A DNA stretch of 64,000 nt from Octopus sinensis (GCF_006345805.1 NC_042998.1:148366001-148430000), one strand, 5' to 3'. Shown: positions 1 to 12,599, counted from the first letter of the stretch. Made by a program: numbers and translations. The notes: generated by a model not told the origin, from the sequence alone.

Positions 1-1874
1 CGACATAATGCGGCAGCAGCATAGAATTGAAGCGTCCATCTCCTTCTTCTCTCAATGTAGAATGAGGAAAACTGGATGTTGAGGTAATGTAAATAAATAA
101 ATACATATATAGACGTGAAGATGGAGGGGCGAGAATTCGGGACCAGGGATAACAAATGTATAAAAGGTGTAAGTATAGAAAAATATAAAAATGTAGAGCA
201 TAAAGATATAAAGAGTTATAAGGAGATGTAAAGGGGGTATAAAGGATATAAAGAAATATAAAGAAATATAAGTAAATGTAAAGGCATAAGGTTATAAAGT
301 AAAAATAGAAATAGAAATAAGAGTAAAAAAACATGATAAAAACATGATAAAAATGTAAAAGAATGTAAAGATAAGGGATGTATAGAGGTTACGGACCAAG
401 CATGGTGGTCAGGAGATTGATAAAATTTAGTTGTAGAATTGTCAGTAAATCAACAGTTTCGTCTGGGGTCCTAATGTGTTGTAAATCAGAGTTGATGAGC
501 ATTTAATCTGGTTTCTTGAATTAAATGGACTTCTAGTACATACATATCATCATGGATACATACACCCACATACACGCGTACATATACGCCTCCAAGCCTA
601 TAAGCATACACACGCACTCGCGTGTAAACATGTACATAAACACACACGCACCCACACGCACGCGCGTACACACACATACATACAACAGAATATCCGCATG
701 CATACACGGACACTATACGCGTACACACTCACATGTACATACGCGCCCATCCCTACATACACACACGTATATGCCCACGCCTCTAGGTCTAGATATAAGA
801 TATTAAAGGATGTATATAAGAACGTATGTAAACAGTCACGTACTCATGTCTATACGTGCACGCACTCACGGCTGTGTGTCCGTATGCGCGTGCACATATA
901 CACTCACATACACAGAGACACACGCGCACATGGGTATAGCTATAACTATAGCTATAAGATATCGAAATATGCATGTACATATATGCGCGTGCATATGTAT
1001 GTATGCGTATACACACGTACGCGGACGCTCGTATAGTCAAAAAGTGGATCTATAGGTAAGTAAATAAACATATATAGAGGTATAAAGCGATAAGTTAGGG
1101 GTAAGAATGTGGGTAAGGGTAAAAATTAGAAATAAAAAATACAGTATAAAAAATAAGAAATACAATGTAATAGTTAGAAATGAAATATAAGAATTATAAA
1201 AATTATAAGAGTTAAGGTAAGGGATGAAAATAAAAATGAGAATAAATGGAAGTAGAATAAAAGTAAAAATAAAAATAAATGGAAGTAGGATAAAAGTAAA
1301 AATAAAAGTAAAAATAAAAATAAAATAAAATAAGATAAAAATATAATTTGGTAAAATTTAACATGAGATGAAGGTGGTTGAAAGTTAGAGGTGTGTGTTA
1401 AACGTAGGGGCGGGCGGGGGGAACTGAAAATTGGAAGGGTGGGAAGTGGAGTTTGGCGGTGTGCGTTCAACATCCGAGTTAGAAATGTGAAAGGGTATAG
1501 ATATAGGGAATTAAAGAGACTATATAGGGAGGATATGGGTGTAGGAGAAGAAATATTTAGGGAAAAGAAGTCATATATGGGAGACAAAATTTGTATATAT
1601 AGGAGGAAAATGCAGGGAACCGTATATGCACATACACACACCCACACACACACACACACACACGCACATGTATATATATATATATATGTACACACACGTA
1701 CATGTATGTGCACATACACATACATACACACACACATACGCATATACACGCACATATAGGAAAACGGGAAGTGCTGGAGCCGATAGGTTGCACCGGGTGG
1801 GAGGAAATTGCATGGGGGAGTTAGTATAAGACCTAAGCTTTGTAGTATTTGAAAGTATTAATAAGTTTGTGTAT
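1..1874. repeat. Left arm of long inverted repeat (native PLE 3' end; runs off the window start)
   Basis: Position 1 (cgacataatgcggcagcagc) is the reverse complement of ...gctgctgccgcattatgtcg ending at 5772. The match continues to aagtttgtgtat at 1874. Confidence 0.95.
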
Positions 1875-2290
1875 ACAGGATGGTTTGAACTCTGACCTTT
1901 TGTTAATAAGATTGTGTTTGTCTTTGAATTTCAAGATGTTCAGGAGTTCTACACAACATAGTTGGCATCCTGCTCTATTATTTAAATAAGGTGCAGCTGA
2001 TCCGATGATGGACCATCTGAGTTTGAAGCCTATGCATTTGTCTTTTAATTCCCAAATTCTTTTAGAGAGGGAGGTGCTGTTAGCCTTATGTCTGTGTCTC
2101 AGCGAGGACCGGTGGTTGTAGTATCTGGATTTCCAGGAGGTTGAGCAACCAATATAGGTGAGTGTGTTAAACTGAGTACTCACCTCACATGAATATATTA
2201 CGTTTTTCGCCCTACATGCGCCCTGCAGCGGTCACTCTGATGCACATCTGCAGTTGCATTGCATTGCATTATTCGGTCGTGTGCTGCTAA
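1833..2290 (-). pseudogene. PLE GIY-YIG endonuclease domain (disrupted)
   Basis: CNCR..PLQGACRAKNVIY..YIGCSTSWKSRYYNHRSS..STSLSKRIWELK..WSII..CQLC..E..NKRSE..SCIH is the typical Penelope EN signature. Confidence 0.9.
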
Positions 2291-2499
2291 TCCCAGGCGG
2301 AGATGTTGCAATACGAGTGGGGGCGTTGGTATCCTCCTGGTGTTGATGGGTGTAGTATTTCCTCTGTTGTGTTGGCGGGTGTTATTACTAACTGTTTGGG
2401 TAGTATGGCTACCAGTCTGGTTATGTTGTCTACTGTCTAGATGAGGGGGGTTCTGTGGTCGCTATGGTTTGCTCTTGATCTAGCTGTTCTAATATTAAT

Positions 2500-3910
2500 A
2501 TAGTTATGTTTAGCTATGAGGCAGCTCATGTTGGGCAGGGTAGAGTAGGAAATCCTAATAGTTTTGTTGGAGAAGATACTTCTATACTTGTGGGTGGGTG
2601 GGAAGTTGTTGGAAATTATAGAGAATATTCTCTTACATAACTTACCCCTAACTGCTAAGTTGTAAGGTATGTTGAACCATATATATTTGCGTAATCTACT
2701 ATTATCCCTTCTATTTCTCCTAATAGGATCTATATTGCTTTCGTCGGGAGGGTTACTATTGTGTGCTATTCTATTAGTTCGCCTATTTCCTATACGTTGT
2801 TTGGAGTTTAAATTAGAATTATCGCTAGTGTGAGTTGAGTGCTGAGTTCGATTATAATTGGGAGTTTTATGGCCGACGGACGCTCCCGGGTGGTCTACAT
2901 ATGATATTCTCTGGTTATACCCGGCACTATAGAGAGCCTGGTTGTAGTGTTGTGCATGATTATTGAAATTTCTCTATTAGAGGATAGTTTTGTCAGTCTG
3001 TCTGAGATGGCTTGGACCGTGGTGCTAATTATACAGGGTGGATGGTTGGAAGAGGTATGGATGTATTTGGTATTCTCTTCGGGTTTCCTATACGGGTGGT
3101 GAAGGTGCTTATTCAAATCTAACGTAACATCTAAGAAGTTTACTATTTTAGTATTGGTCATAAATTCTAGTTTAAGATTGAAGGATTTGAAAAAAAGCCT
3201 GATCTTTTTCCTAATTCTTTCTAGTTTACTCCTATTGTTGGTGGGGTATAGAGAGAGAGAGCGTCGTCTCTGTATAGACCCCCCTGAAGATCCGGTACCT
3301 CGGAGAAAAGCTTCTTGAGCAGGTAGGCCCCGACCAGGTCAGTCACCTGAGCTGAATCGCTCGAGCCCATAGCCACATCGAAATTGTCGGGGGTATCGGA
3401 TCTGGTCCAGAGTCTACCGTCGAATTCTATTATGGTTTTTCTAGCTAATAGTATTATGTCAATTTTTCTCTGTCTATGAGTGAAAGGTTGCGGGCAAAAA
3501 TAAGGGATTTGTTAAGTAAGATGGGGGATATACTGGCGTAGTAGCTAGCTATGTCGAATTGGATGAATGAGTAGTCGGGCCTATTGGTGATAGTGTTAAA
3601 CCATTCTAGCACATCGTCGGTGTTAATCCATAGTTGGAGTGGGATGTGGGGTTTGATGTGTGGGATCACCTTGTCCAGGATAGTCTTGCTAAGTCTGCCG
3701 ATATCCGATTTAGTCGGACAGATTAATCGTACTCCTACATTATCTGGGAAGTCTTTCTTATGGTCTTTAATAGTAATTGTGGTTTAATAGGTTCTGTTCT
3801 GTCCAGGAGGTCTAATTTGCTCATAACTTCCTTGATTTTGTAGTTAATTTCCTTAAGGTTATCCGTAGAAGTAGTTTTATACTTTTTGCTAAGTTCCCTC
3901 ATGATGAGCG
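2500..3910 (-). pseudogene. PLE reverse transcriptase and thumb (frameshifted, 5'-truncated)
   Basis: Motifs ITIKDHKKDFP..RLICPTKSDIG, FDIASYYASIS, FDVAMGS, GLYRDD, VNFLDVTLDL..PYRKP..YIHTSSNHPP and WFNIPY. Confidence 0.9.
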
Positions 3911-5772
3911 ATACACAAACTTACTAATACTTTCAAATACTACAAAGCTTAGATCTTATACCAACTCCCCCATGCAATTTCCTCCCACCCGGTGCAACCT
4001 ATCGGCTCCAGCACTTCCCGTTTTCCTATATGTGCGTGTATATGCGTATGTGTGTGTGTATGTATGTGTATGTGCACATACATGTACGTGTGTGTACATA
4101 TATATATATATATACATGTGCGTGTGTGTGTGTGTGTGTGGGTGTGTGTATGTGCATATACGGTTCCCTGCATTTTCCTCCTATATATACAAATTTTGTC
4201 TCCATATATGACTTCTTTTCCCTAAATATTTCTTCTCCTACACCCATATCCTCCTATATAGTCTCTTTAATTCCCTATATCTATACCCTTTCACATTTCT
4301 AACTCGGATGTTGAACGCACACCGCCAAACTCCACTTCCCACCCTTCCAATTTTCAGTTCCCCCGCCCGCCCCTACGTTTAACACACACCTCTAACTTTC
4401 AACCACCTTCATCTCATGTTAAATTTTACCAAATTATATTTTTATCTTATTTTATTTTATTTTATTTTTACTTTTATTTTTACTTTTATCCTACTTCCAT
4501 TTATTTTTATTTTTACTTTTATTCTACTTCCATTTATTCTCATTTTTATTTTCATCCCTTACCTTAACTCTTATAATTTTTATAATTCTTATATTTCATT
4601 TCTAACTATTACATTGTATTTCTTATTTTTTATACTGTATTTTTTATTTCTAATTTTTACCCTTACCCACATTCATACCCCTAACTTATCGCTTTATACC
4701 TCTATATATGTTTATTTACTTACCTATAGATCCACTTTTTGACTATACGAGCGTCCGCGTACGTGTGTATACGCATACATACATATGCACGCGCATATAT
4801 GTACATGCATATTTCGATATCTTATAGCTATAGTTATAGCTATACCCATGTGTGCGCGTGTGTCTCTGTGTATGTGAGTGTATATGTGCACGCGCATACG
4901 GACACACAGCGTGAGTGCGTGCACGTATAGACATGAGTACGTGACTGTTTACATACGTTCTTATATACATCCTTTAATATCTTATATCTAGACCTTGAGG
5001 CGGGGTCATATACGTGTGTGTATGTAGGGATGGGCGCGTATGTACATGTGAGTGTGTACGCGTATAGTGTCCGTGTATGCATGCGGATATTCTGTTGTAT
5101 GTATGTGTGTGTACGCGCGTGCGTGTGGGTGCGTGTGTGTTATGTACATGTTTACACGCGAGTGCGTGTGTATGCTTATAGGCTTGGAGGCGTATATGTA
5201 CGCGTGTATGTGGGTGTATGTATCCATGATGATATGTATGTACTAGAAGTCCATTTAATTCAAGAAACCAGATTAAATGCTCATCAACTCTGATTTACAA
5301 CACATTAGGTCCCAGACGAAACTGTTGATTTACTGACAATTCTACAACTAAATTTTATCAATCTCCTGACCACCATGCTTGGTCCGTAACCTCTATACAT
5401 CCCTTATCTTTACATTCTTTACATTTTTATCATGTTTTTATCATGTTTTTTTACTCTTATTTCTATTTCTATTTTACTTTATAACCTTATGCCTTTACAT
5501 TTACTTATATTTCTTTATATTTCTTTATATCCTTTATACCCCCTTTACATCTCCTTATAACTCTTTATATCTTATGCTCTACATTTTTATATTTTTCTAT
5601 ACTTACACTTTATACATTTGTTATCCCTGGTCCCGAATTCTCGCCCCTCCATCTTCACGTCTATATATGTATTTATTTATTTACATTACCTCAACATCCA
5701 GTTTTCCTCATTCTACATTGAGAGAAGAAGGAGATGGACGCTTCAATTCTATGCTGCTGCCGCATTATGTCG
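3911..5772. repeat. Right arm of long inverted repeat (inverted pLTR; probably continues to ~5950)
   Basis: Begins atacacaaacttactaatactttcaaatactacaaagcttag, encoding IHKLTNTFKYYKA*, the EN C-terminus on the + strand. It differs from the left arm mostly by homopolymer indels plus a few substitutions in the stretches I compared. Confidence 0.95.
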
Positions 5773-5848
5773 TACGCGAATGAGAGGATTCGCATCCCCA
5801 ACCAGAAAATTTTTTGATGTAACACATGTCCTTGTGGAAGCCGTGTGC

Positions 5849-5926
5849 GCGGCTGAAGAAGGCCACAGACATACATTATGCATTGTTATAAATCTGTCTA
5901 ATAAAGGCCCGAAACATATGTACCGC
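5849..5926 (+). ncRNA. Type I minimal hammerhead ribozyme (core intact)
   Basis: Stem I gcgg/ccgc; core CTGAAGA at 5853-5859; stem II ggcc/ggcc with a ~41-nt loop; GAAA at 5911; palindromic stem III ACATATGT; GUA cleavage triplet at 5920-5922. Confidence 0.8.
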
Positions 5927-6010
5927 TGAATCCTTCGCATCATGTTTTTATTTTATTTTGATCAATATATATATATATACATATATATATACATACATAC
6001 ATATATATAT

Positions 6011-6045
<35 letters not shown>

Positions 6046-8779
6046 CATACAGATACACACACTCATATATATATATGTACTTATGTGTGTGTTTGTGTAC
6101 GCGCGTGTATAATAAAATCGAACCAACTATTGATATTTTGAATATAAAATATCAATATTTGGTTTGACTTCATATATACGACTCGCTTGCCTGCGCTTAC
6201 ATCGTCGACAAGATAATCTAACAAGGATTTGGACTGCTCGTATGCTTGTATGTATTTTATATGTTCATAGGTGATTTTCTGTCTATGCACACATGCATAC
6301 ATGTGCATGCAAAATGCTTGTGTGCGTATGTGTATGTGTTTGTGTACATGTGTTTGTATGTATATATGTATGTTTGAGTGTATGCATGCATGTATACACA
6401 TGTGTTTAAGATGTGTGCTTGTATTTTCTAATGGGTAGGTATGTTCTTTTTCATAGAGTGTGTTGTTTCATGACCCTACGTGTATATATGTGGAATATAT
6501 TTACATCTCTCTTTCTGTGTTTCTCTTTCTATTCATAATACTGCTATGTGTATATGTATATGTATGTGTATGTGTCTATGTATATGTGTGTGAAGGTGTG
6601 TGTGTAAAGTATATATACACATTAATTTATATATACATACAGACACATTAATCTGTATGCGAAACATATATACATCAACACTCATATATCTACGAGAAAA
6701 AAAAAAAGGAAAAGAAAAAACAAGACCAAACGACAGCATGACGCGTCTTGGTAGATTTTAGTATTCAAGAATATAATGTATTGTGGAATATAGCGCTGGA
6801 ACTCCCATGGTAGGACAAATCACCCGAGGTTATCTGTTGGTGCATAAAACACAGTAAATGTCTCCAAATTGCTGTTACTAAGATAATGGTGTGGATGGCG
6901 CCAGCCATGGTGTCGTCACGTGATTGTAGGTTAGACGAAAGCTGCATATCAATGGCGAGTGGTCAGCAGAGTGGGGCATGGAAAGATATTCTCACTTTGC
7001 TGCAGTTCTTAATCGAAACAATTTAGAAACGATGAGAAAGGTGACGACGAAACCATGAGTTTCGTATTTTTAGCTGTTACTGTTATTACATGTACGGAAA
7101 CGAGCTTTGCACACACACACACATACACATACACACACACACATACACACACACACACTTTCTCTTTCTCTCTCATGCATATATATGTATGCGTGTATAA
7201 ATGTTTACATACATATCGCCATATACATACATTCATTAGTACATACGTATTGATAAATTAATATGTATATATACTATATATATATATGTGTGTGTGTATG
7301 TGTGTGTCTTTGTATACATATGAATGTATCATATATGTATGAATGTTATATATTTGCATGGATGTATAAATATGAATGTATATAATAGAATTTGCATATA
7401 TATATATATATATATATTTACACGCCCTTACCACCATTTTCCTCCTCCTCCTTTTTCCTCTTCTTGCATGTTCTTTAAACTAGTTAGTCATCTCCTTATC
7501 GTATTTTATTTATTTATTGTTTCCTCCCGATATAAGCAAAAAACAAAAAAAAAAAATCTGGATGACGCGCAATATAAGAGCGCAGCTTTGATGCAAATCT
7601 GATGAAGTGCCACTCTAATGTTTGCTTTAGACATTATTACGTAAATCTTCACTTCGAATTTCGTTTAAACTGGCGTTGCAAGAAACAACTGTAATTGATC
7701 ATTAAAGATGTGTTAAAGTATTTCTATATCTTATTATTTGGATTACACCCACACACACACAAACAAACAAAACCACACACAGAGATGCGCGTACGCATGC
7801 ACTCTAACATGTGCTAAAATAACACTACGTCTATATACTTATGTTTAAATACACACTTTAATGTCTAAAATGTATGTTCATAAATTGAAAAAGGGAGTTT
7901 TTGAAAGGAAATGATTGAGAATTGGTCTAAAGTGACATTAATGTATGTTTGAAGGTTCTTAGTAGCTTATCGCAGTGACAGGTGGGTAAAGGAATAAACG
8001 AAGTTGAGAATGAAGAATATATCATCAGTAAGTAGCAAAAGTGAATAATCGTTAAGCTATTACAGTTATCCTTAGTTTGTTAAAGCCACAGCATGGATGA
8101 CAAAACGAAAGTATGTTTCAACGTGGGTCACAAAATGTCGGACATTTCCCCGAAGCATTAACGCCACCCTATTCCACTTTATCTAGCAGTTCTCTTGTAA
8201 AGCGACGAAACCGGTCTGGCCTTAAATCGACCCATGATGAAAGATTATTCCCATGCTGTATGCTATATCTATGCGCATGTACAAATAAATCTAAATTCTC
8301 TCTACGACAGGCTTACGATATATCCTCCGTTGTTTATGAGGCACAGACAAGGACAAACTTGTGGCACAGGATGGATAGAGTCCAAACGCTATATAGAGTC
8401 CGAGGGAGGGAAAATTTAATTTCGGATACAATAACCATCTTCTTACCTTTAGACGCACTAAGAAGAGACATACAACAATCCTCTGGAGACTTAAGGACGT
8501 GGACATAACGACAGTTTCAAATGGAAGATTCTTTCTGAGATAAGGCCTTATACTAACAGGTTAGAATGATGTTCCGTACGCTCGCTTAAAAAACTGTAAC
8601 TTTTAAATAACCTAAGAACCTCGAGGGATTGTATAAATATCAAAAGCGAGATTTTTCCAACGCGTCCCTATTTTACAAAATATATGTAGCTGCGAATAAA
8701 GATAAACCACCGGATAGGTCATGTTCCATTCCGGAATTAGTTTATGAAATTTTCGACAATCTAAAAGCGTAAAAGGCAG

Positions 8780-8880
<101 letters not shown>

Positions 8881-8910
8881 TGTATATACATACATACATA
8901 CATACATACA

Positions 8911-8946
<36 letters not shown>

Positions 8947-8952
8947 TATATA

Positions 8953-9009
8953 TAAGCAAGGAAAAATTTTTTAAAAAATGCAGAATGCTCAAATGAAAGA
9001 AAATTTTAA
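8953..9009. repeat. 57-bp inverted copy of 9906-9962 capping the PLE fragment
   Basis: taagcaaggaaaaattttttaaaaaatgcagaatgctcaaatgaaagaaaattttaa is the reverse complement of 9906-9962 apart from homopolymer length. Confidence 0.9.
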
Positions 9010-9010
9010 A

Positions 9011-9962
9011 CGGTGCATAAAGAACAAATAAATCTCCCGGAATACCGACAAATTCCACTGAGTGACCACTTAGACTCATGTGCTAAAGACTTAAACCCAA
9101 AATTCTATATATTCCCCTTCTACCAATGTAAAGACGAGATCACCGCACAGGAGAGAATTAACAAGGAGAATCTCTTTATTGAAAAATTCCAAACACAACT
9201 TAATATGCAAACTCCTCGTTGATCAAACTTCCTTTTTCCACCTCACTCTTCATGGATGGACTAACACAAATATATAAAGATACCATGCATTCATCACTTC
9301 AAGCTAAAACTTATATTCTTTAAATATCATTTTTACTATTGTTGCTATTACTATCATTTTTATTATAAATGATATGACAATCTGAAATGCAATCGTCTAT
9401 GCAGATTAGAAAATAATATAAATAAAATGTTAAAATCTGAAAGTTAAGTTAACAAACAATTATATAAAAAAGATAACGCAAATGAAGCTTAAATGATAAT
9501 TTTATAATTTGGGTTTTACCTCAAAAGAGTTGTCTCCCCTTACTCACAACACAGGAACTGAAGAACCACAATTACTACTACTTCCTGTTCTGCCAACATC
9601 CTGAATTAAACCAAACAACACATGCTCTTAATCCCATTGGATCCTAATACCTCAAGGTAATTTTTTCGTGAACAATCATCAAACTCAAGATACACAACGA
9701 ACTCACAATGTATCGGAGTACTTATTTTTTAATTTTTGTACATTCTTATTATTATTGTTTTGCAAAACACAATGCAATTTTCTCTTTTTCCCCTTTCTAA
9801 TTAAAAAAAAAACTTTTTTAACATAAATATTCTTGACAAGTCATACAATGACGAAAACCGGTTGAATAAATATATATTTATATATTTTATCAATTTCTCA
9901 TTTTATTAAAATTTTCTTTCATTTGAGCATTCTGCATTTTTAAAAAATTTTTTCCTTGCTTA
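9011..9962 (+). mobile_element. PLE family B 3' fragment (EN C-terminus plus 3' UTR)
   Basis: ORF 9013-9222 (HKEQINLPEYRQIPLSDHL..FPFYQCKD..RINKENLFIEKF) is homologous to the GIY-YIG ORF at 26483-26965. Confidence 0.85.
9828..9868 (+). ncRNA. Degenerate minimal hammerhead motif
   Basis: Stem I tattc/gaata, core TTGACAA (two deviations from CTGANGA), stem II gtcat-aca-atgac, then GAAA-ACCGGT-T. Confidence 0.6.
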
Positions 9963-10005
9963 TCATTTCTCCACATGCGGTCAACACAACCCCACCATTT
10001 ATTGA

Positions 10006-10041
<36 letters not shown>

Positions 10042-10720
10042 TACCAGGTTGTTAGATAAATTCGTTCGTCTTTTCCTTTTATTTTAATCCTTATTTTTCG
10101 TCAACAATTTTAACAAATCAGTCAGTAGGATATATTACTTGGGGTCTTTACTCGCAGAATTCCTCGTGCCACATTTTCAGCTCTACGTCTTTGTTGGACG
10201 AAAAGTCTCGCAGTCTGTTGTGGAACAACTGAAGAAGCAGTAATTCGAGGGCGCTATTTCAGGAGAATACAATGGGTGCGGTAGATCTTATTCAAGCTCT
10301 TGAATAGCATTTTTTCTCAAATTAGAGACGTGAGGATGAGATTCATCTTGTTGAAGAAGCACGCCTGGTCGCCAGTCACCGGTTGCCGATCGCATCCTTT
10401 CTCATCATATCCTTTTACGTTACCCATCGAGTGACGGTATCAAGAGATCATCCTCTCTGATAAGCCAATTCCCTGCAGGATTGACAGGAATCCTCGTAGA
10501 TGAGCTCATTCAATCGATCCTCTTTGATCGCAGAGCGTCTATATATTTCCTTCAGTAAAAGTACCTCCTTCGTACACAGCAAAAATGTTTGGTGTGGCTT
10601 TGGATAGAAAGCGAAGAGAAACAAGTGCCGAAAATGCTTATTTTTTTCTACTTGGCAATCCATCGTCATACATCTAAAAATGGGTAAAATTTATTCAAAT
10701 TCAAAAAGCGATAAACAAAA
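10042..10720 (-). mobile_element. Mariner transposon, internally deleted
   Basis: N-terminus MDCQVEKNKHFRHLFLFAF..EDRLNELIYED..CRELA and C-terminus LPHPLYSPEIAPSNY. The TIR-like end taccaggttgttagataaa matches the element at 38418. Confidence 0.8.
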
Positions 10721-10800
10721 GTTGTGCTAGAAGGATAGAGCTACAATAACATATATACATACATACTTACATATATGTATGTATGTATATATATATATCA

Positions 10801-11103
10801 TCGTGATCGACCAGGCTATCAGATGTTGTTACACATCGCTGGTCACAATGCGCCTCGCATTGTTTTTTAGCCTTCAAATGACGCCACCCCGCTGGCTAAG
10901 CGAGCAGACCAACAGTAGAAAGAGTGAGAGAAAGTTGTGGCGAAAGAGTACAGCAGGGATCGCCACCACCACCCTGCCGGAGACTCGTGGAGCTTTAGGT
11001 GTTTTCGTTCAATAAACACTCACAACGCCCGGTCTGGGAATCGAAACCGCGATCCTACGACCGCAAGTTCGCTGCCCTAACCACTAGGCCATTGCGCCTC
11101 CAC
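10801..11103 (-). mobile_element. tRNA-derived SINE (same head and body as 56696 copy, different tail)
   Basis: Minus-strand head gtggaggcgcaatggcctagtggttagggcagcg..gtttcgattccc carries A and B boxes; the body matches 56696-56885. Confidence 0.85.
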
Positions 11104-11163
11104 TTTTAGGCCACTGGTTTTAATTGATTAATATCAATTTATATATATATATATATATATATC

Positions 11164-11229
<66 letters not shown>

Positions 11230-11233
<4 letters not shown>

Positions 11234-11760
11234 AACGGTTTTTTGCAACAAGTAGCTTAAACCACATACCGAAAATATTAGAAATAGCAGTCAAAGGGCT
11301 ACTATTACTATTACTACAAAAATAAGTCTCCACAAACAACAGTATTTGTAACTCATATATGGTAAAAGATGAAAGGAAAACAACGAAACCACACAGTCTA
11401 CTGGATTAATGGATTAATTATGGACGTTTCTGGATTAGAATCGTAAAGTTCATTTCCTTATCAACATAATATTTTCCATAAATCTAGAAATGCTAGGAAA
11501 AACTTACCTCTTATATATTCGATCAAGCGTCATCGAAAGATATAAGACCACTAGCATATCCACATTTATATAGACAAGCGAATTCGTATCTCCCTCCAAA
11601 TCTCACCACGTGAGTTACAAAAACAGTACTGCCGAAACGAAGTTTCGCAGTTTTATTGTAGGGGAGTAAAAGTATTCAATACAGATAAAGGCTGAAATAT
11701 AATTTATTTGATAAAATCAATAAATTTCACCTAGTAGTATTTCGGTATGGAAAGGGCCAT
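11230..11760 (-). mobile_element. Non-autonomous DNA element related to 49518-49920
   Basis: The reverse complement shares long blocks with 49570-49910, e.g. ttctaatccagaaacg, gagttacaaata and ctgctatttctaa..ttttcggtat. Confidence 0.65.
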
Positions 11761-11765
11761 ATTCG

Positions 11766-11812
<47 letters not shown>

Positions 11813-11818
<6 letters not shown>

Positions 11819-12307
11819 CACAATTTAGAGGACTGACCACTAAAAGTGGACAGCCTGTATGCTAGATATAGACGTCAAAATCGCCATTTTCCATGAGGAA
11901 TGTGTTCTCAAGAAAAAATTCAGCAAAAAAAAAAAAAAACAAAGTGTAAAAATAAGCAAGACATATGAAAACAAGTGAAGCCATTTGAAAGATACACATA
12001 AATATAATTTGTGGAATTTTATACATGCTGGATTTCGGATGAGCGCCCTGTATCTAGTTCTGGAAATTGTGTTTCGTAAACGACAGACTATGCTGATGAT
12101 CTTGCAAATGTTTACGTAAATATTAACAAGTGAAACTAATTAGTATATTGGTAATCGTTTTTTATTTCGTATATTTTCATTTGTCTTGCTTATTTTTACA
12201 CTTTGGTTTTTGCTGAATTTTCTTCGTGGAAAATGGCGATTTTGACGTCTGTATCTGTCATACACGGTGTCCACTTTTAGTGGTCAGTCCTCTAAATTTT
12301 GTATGTA
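11813..12307. mobile_element. MITE with ~150-bp imperfect TIRs, superfamily unassigned
   Basis: Left end tacatacacaatttagaggactgaccactaaaagtggaca..gacgtcaaaatcgccattttcca; the right end is its reverse complement, finishing ..gtggtcagtcctctaaattttgtatgta. Confidence 0.85.
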
Positions 12308-12387
12308 AAAAACTTTTAATCTTCGGATTTCCTTTAAAATATGCTAGGCCACTGGTTTTAATTGATTAATATCAATTTCTACCCTTA

Positions 12388-12439
<52 letters not shown>

Positions 12440-12520
12440 GCAACTCATGAAATGCCACGAGAAAAATATTCGTGTAAAATTTAAATAACACTGGAAAGAC
12501 ACGAGCGAAATTATGACAAA

Positions 12521-12521
<1 letters not shown>

Positions 12522-12590
<69 letters not shown>

Positions 12591-12599
12591 CCTATCTAC

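Larger units (their letters stand above)
1..5950 (-). mobile_element. Penelope-like retroelement (family A), 5'-truncated, with inverted pseudo-LTR
   Basis: Minus-strand RT and GIY-YIG coding remnants at 1833-3910 are flanked by inverted arms 1-1874 and 3911-5772. The arms consist of the EN C-terminus plus the 3' UTR, and a hammerhead motif lies at the distal end of the right arm. Confidence 0.92.
11107..12378. repeat. 34-bp exact direct repeats (11107-11140 and 12345-12378) bracketing ~1.2 kb
   Basis: taggccactggttttaattgattaatatcaattt occurs twice. Confidence 0.9.

Noticed and set aside
5290-5325. ctga...gacgaaac hammerhead-like words in the pLTR
   Set aside because: No CUGANGA box, and no consistent stems II and III or cleavage triplet.
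8200-8330. Minus-strand RIDIAYSMGII resembling the copia RT motif RPDIAYAVG
   Set aside because: Single short match with stops and no flanking copia motifs or LTRs.
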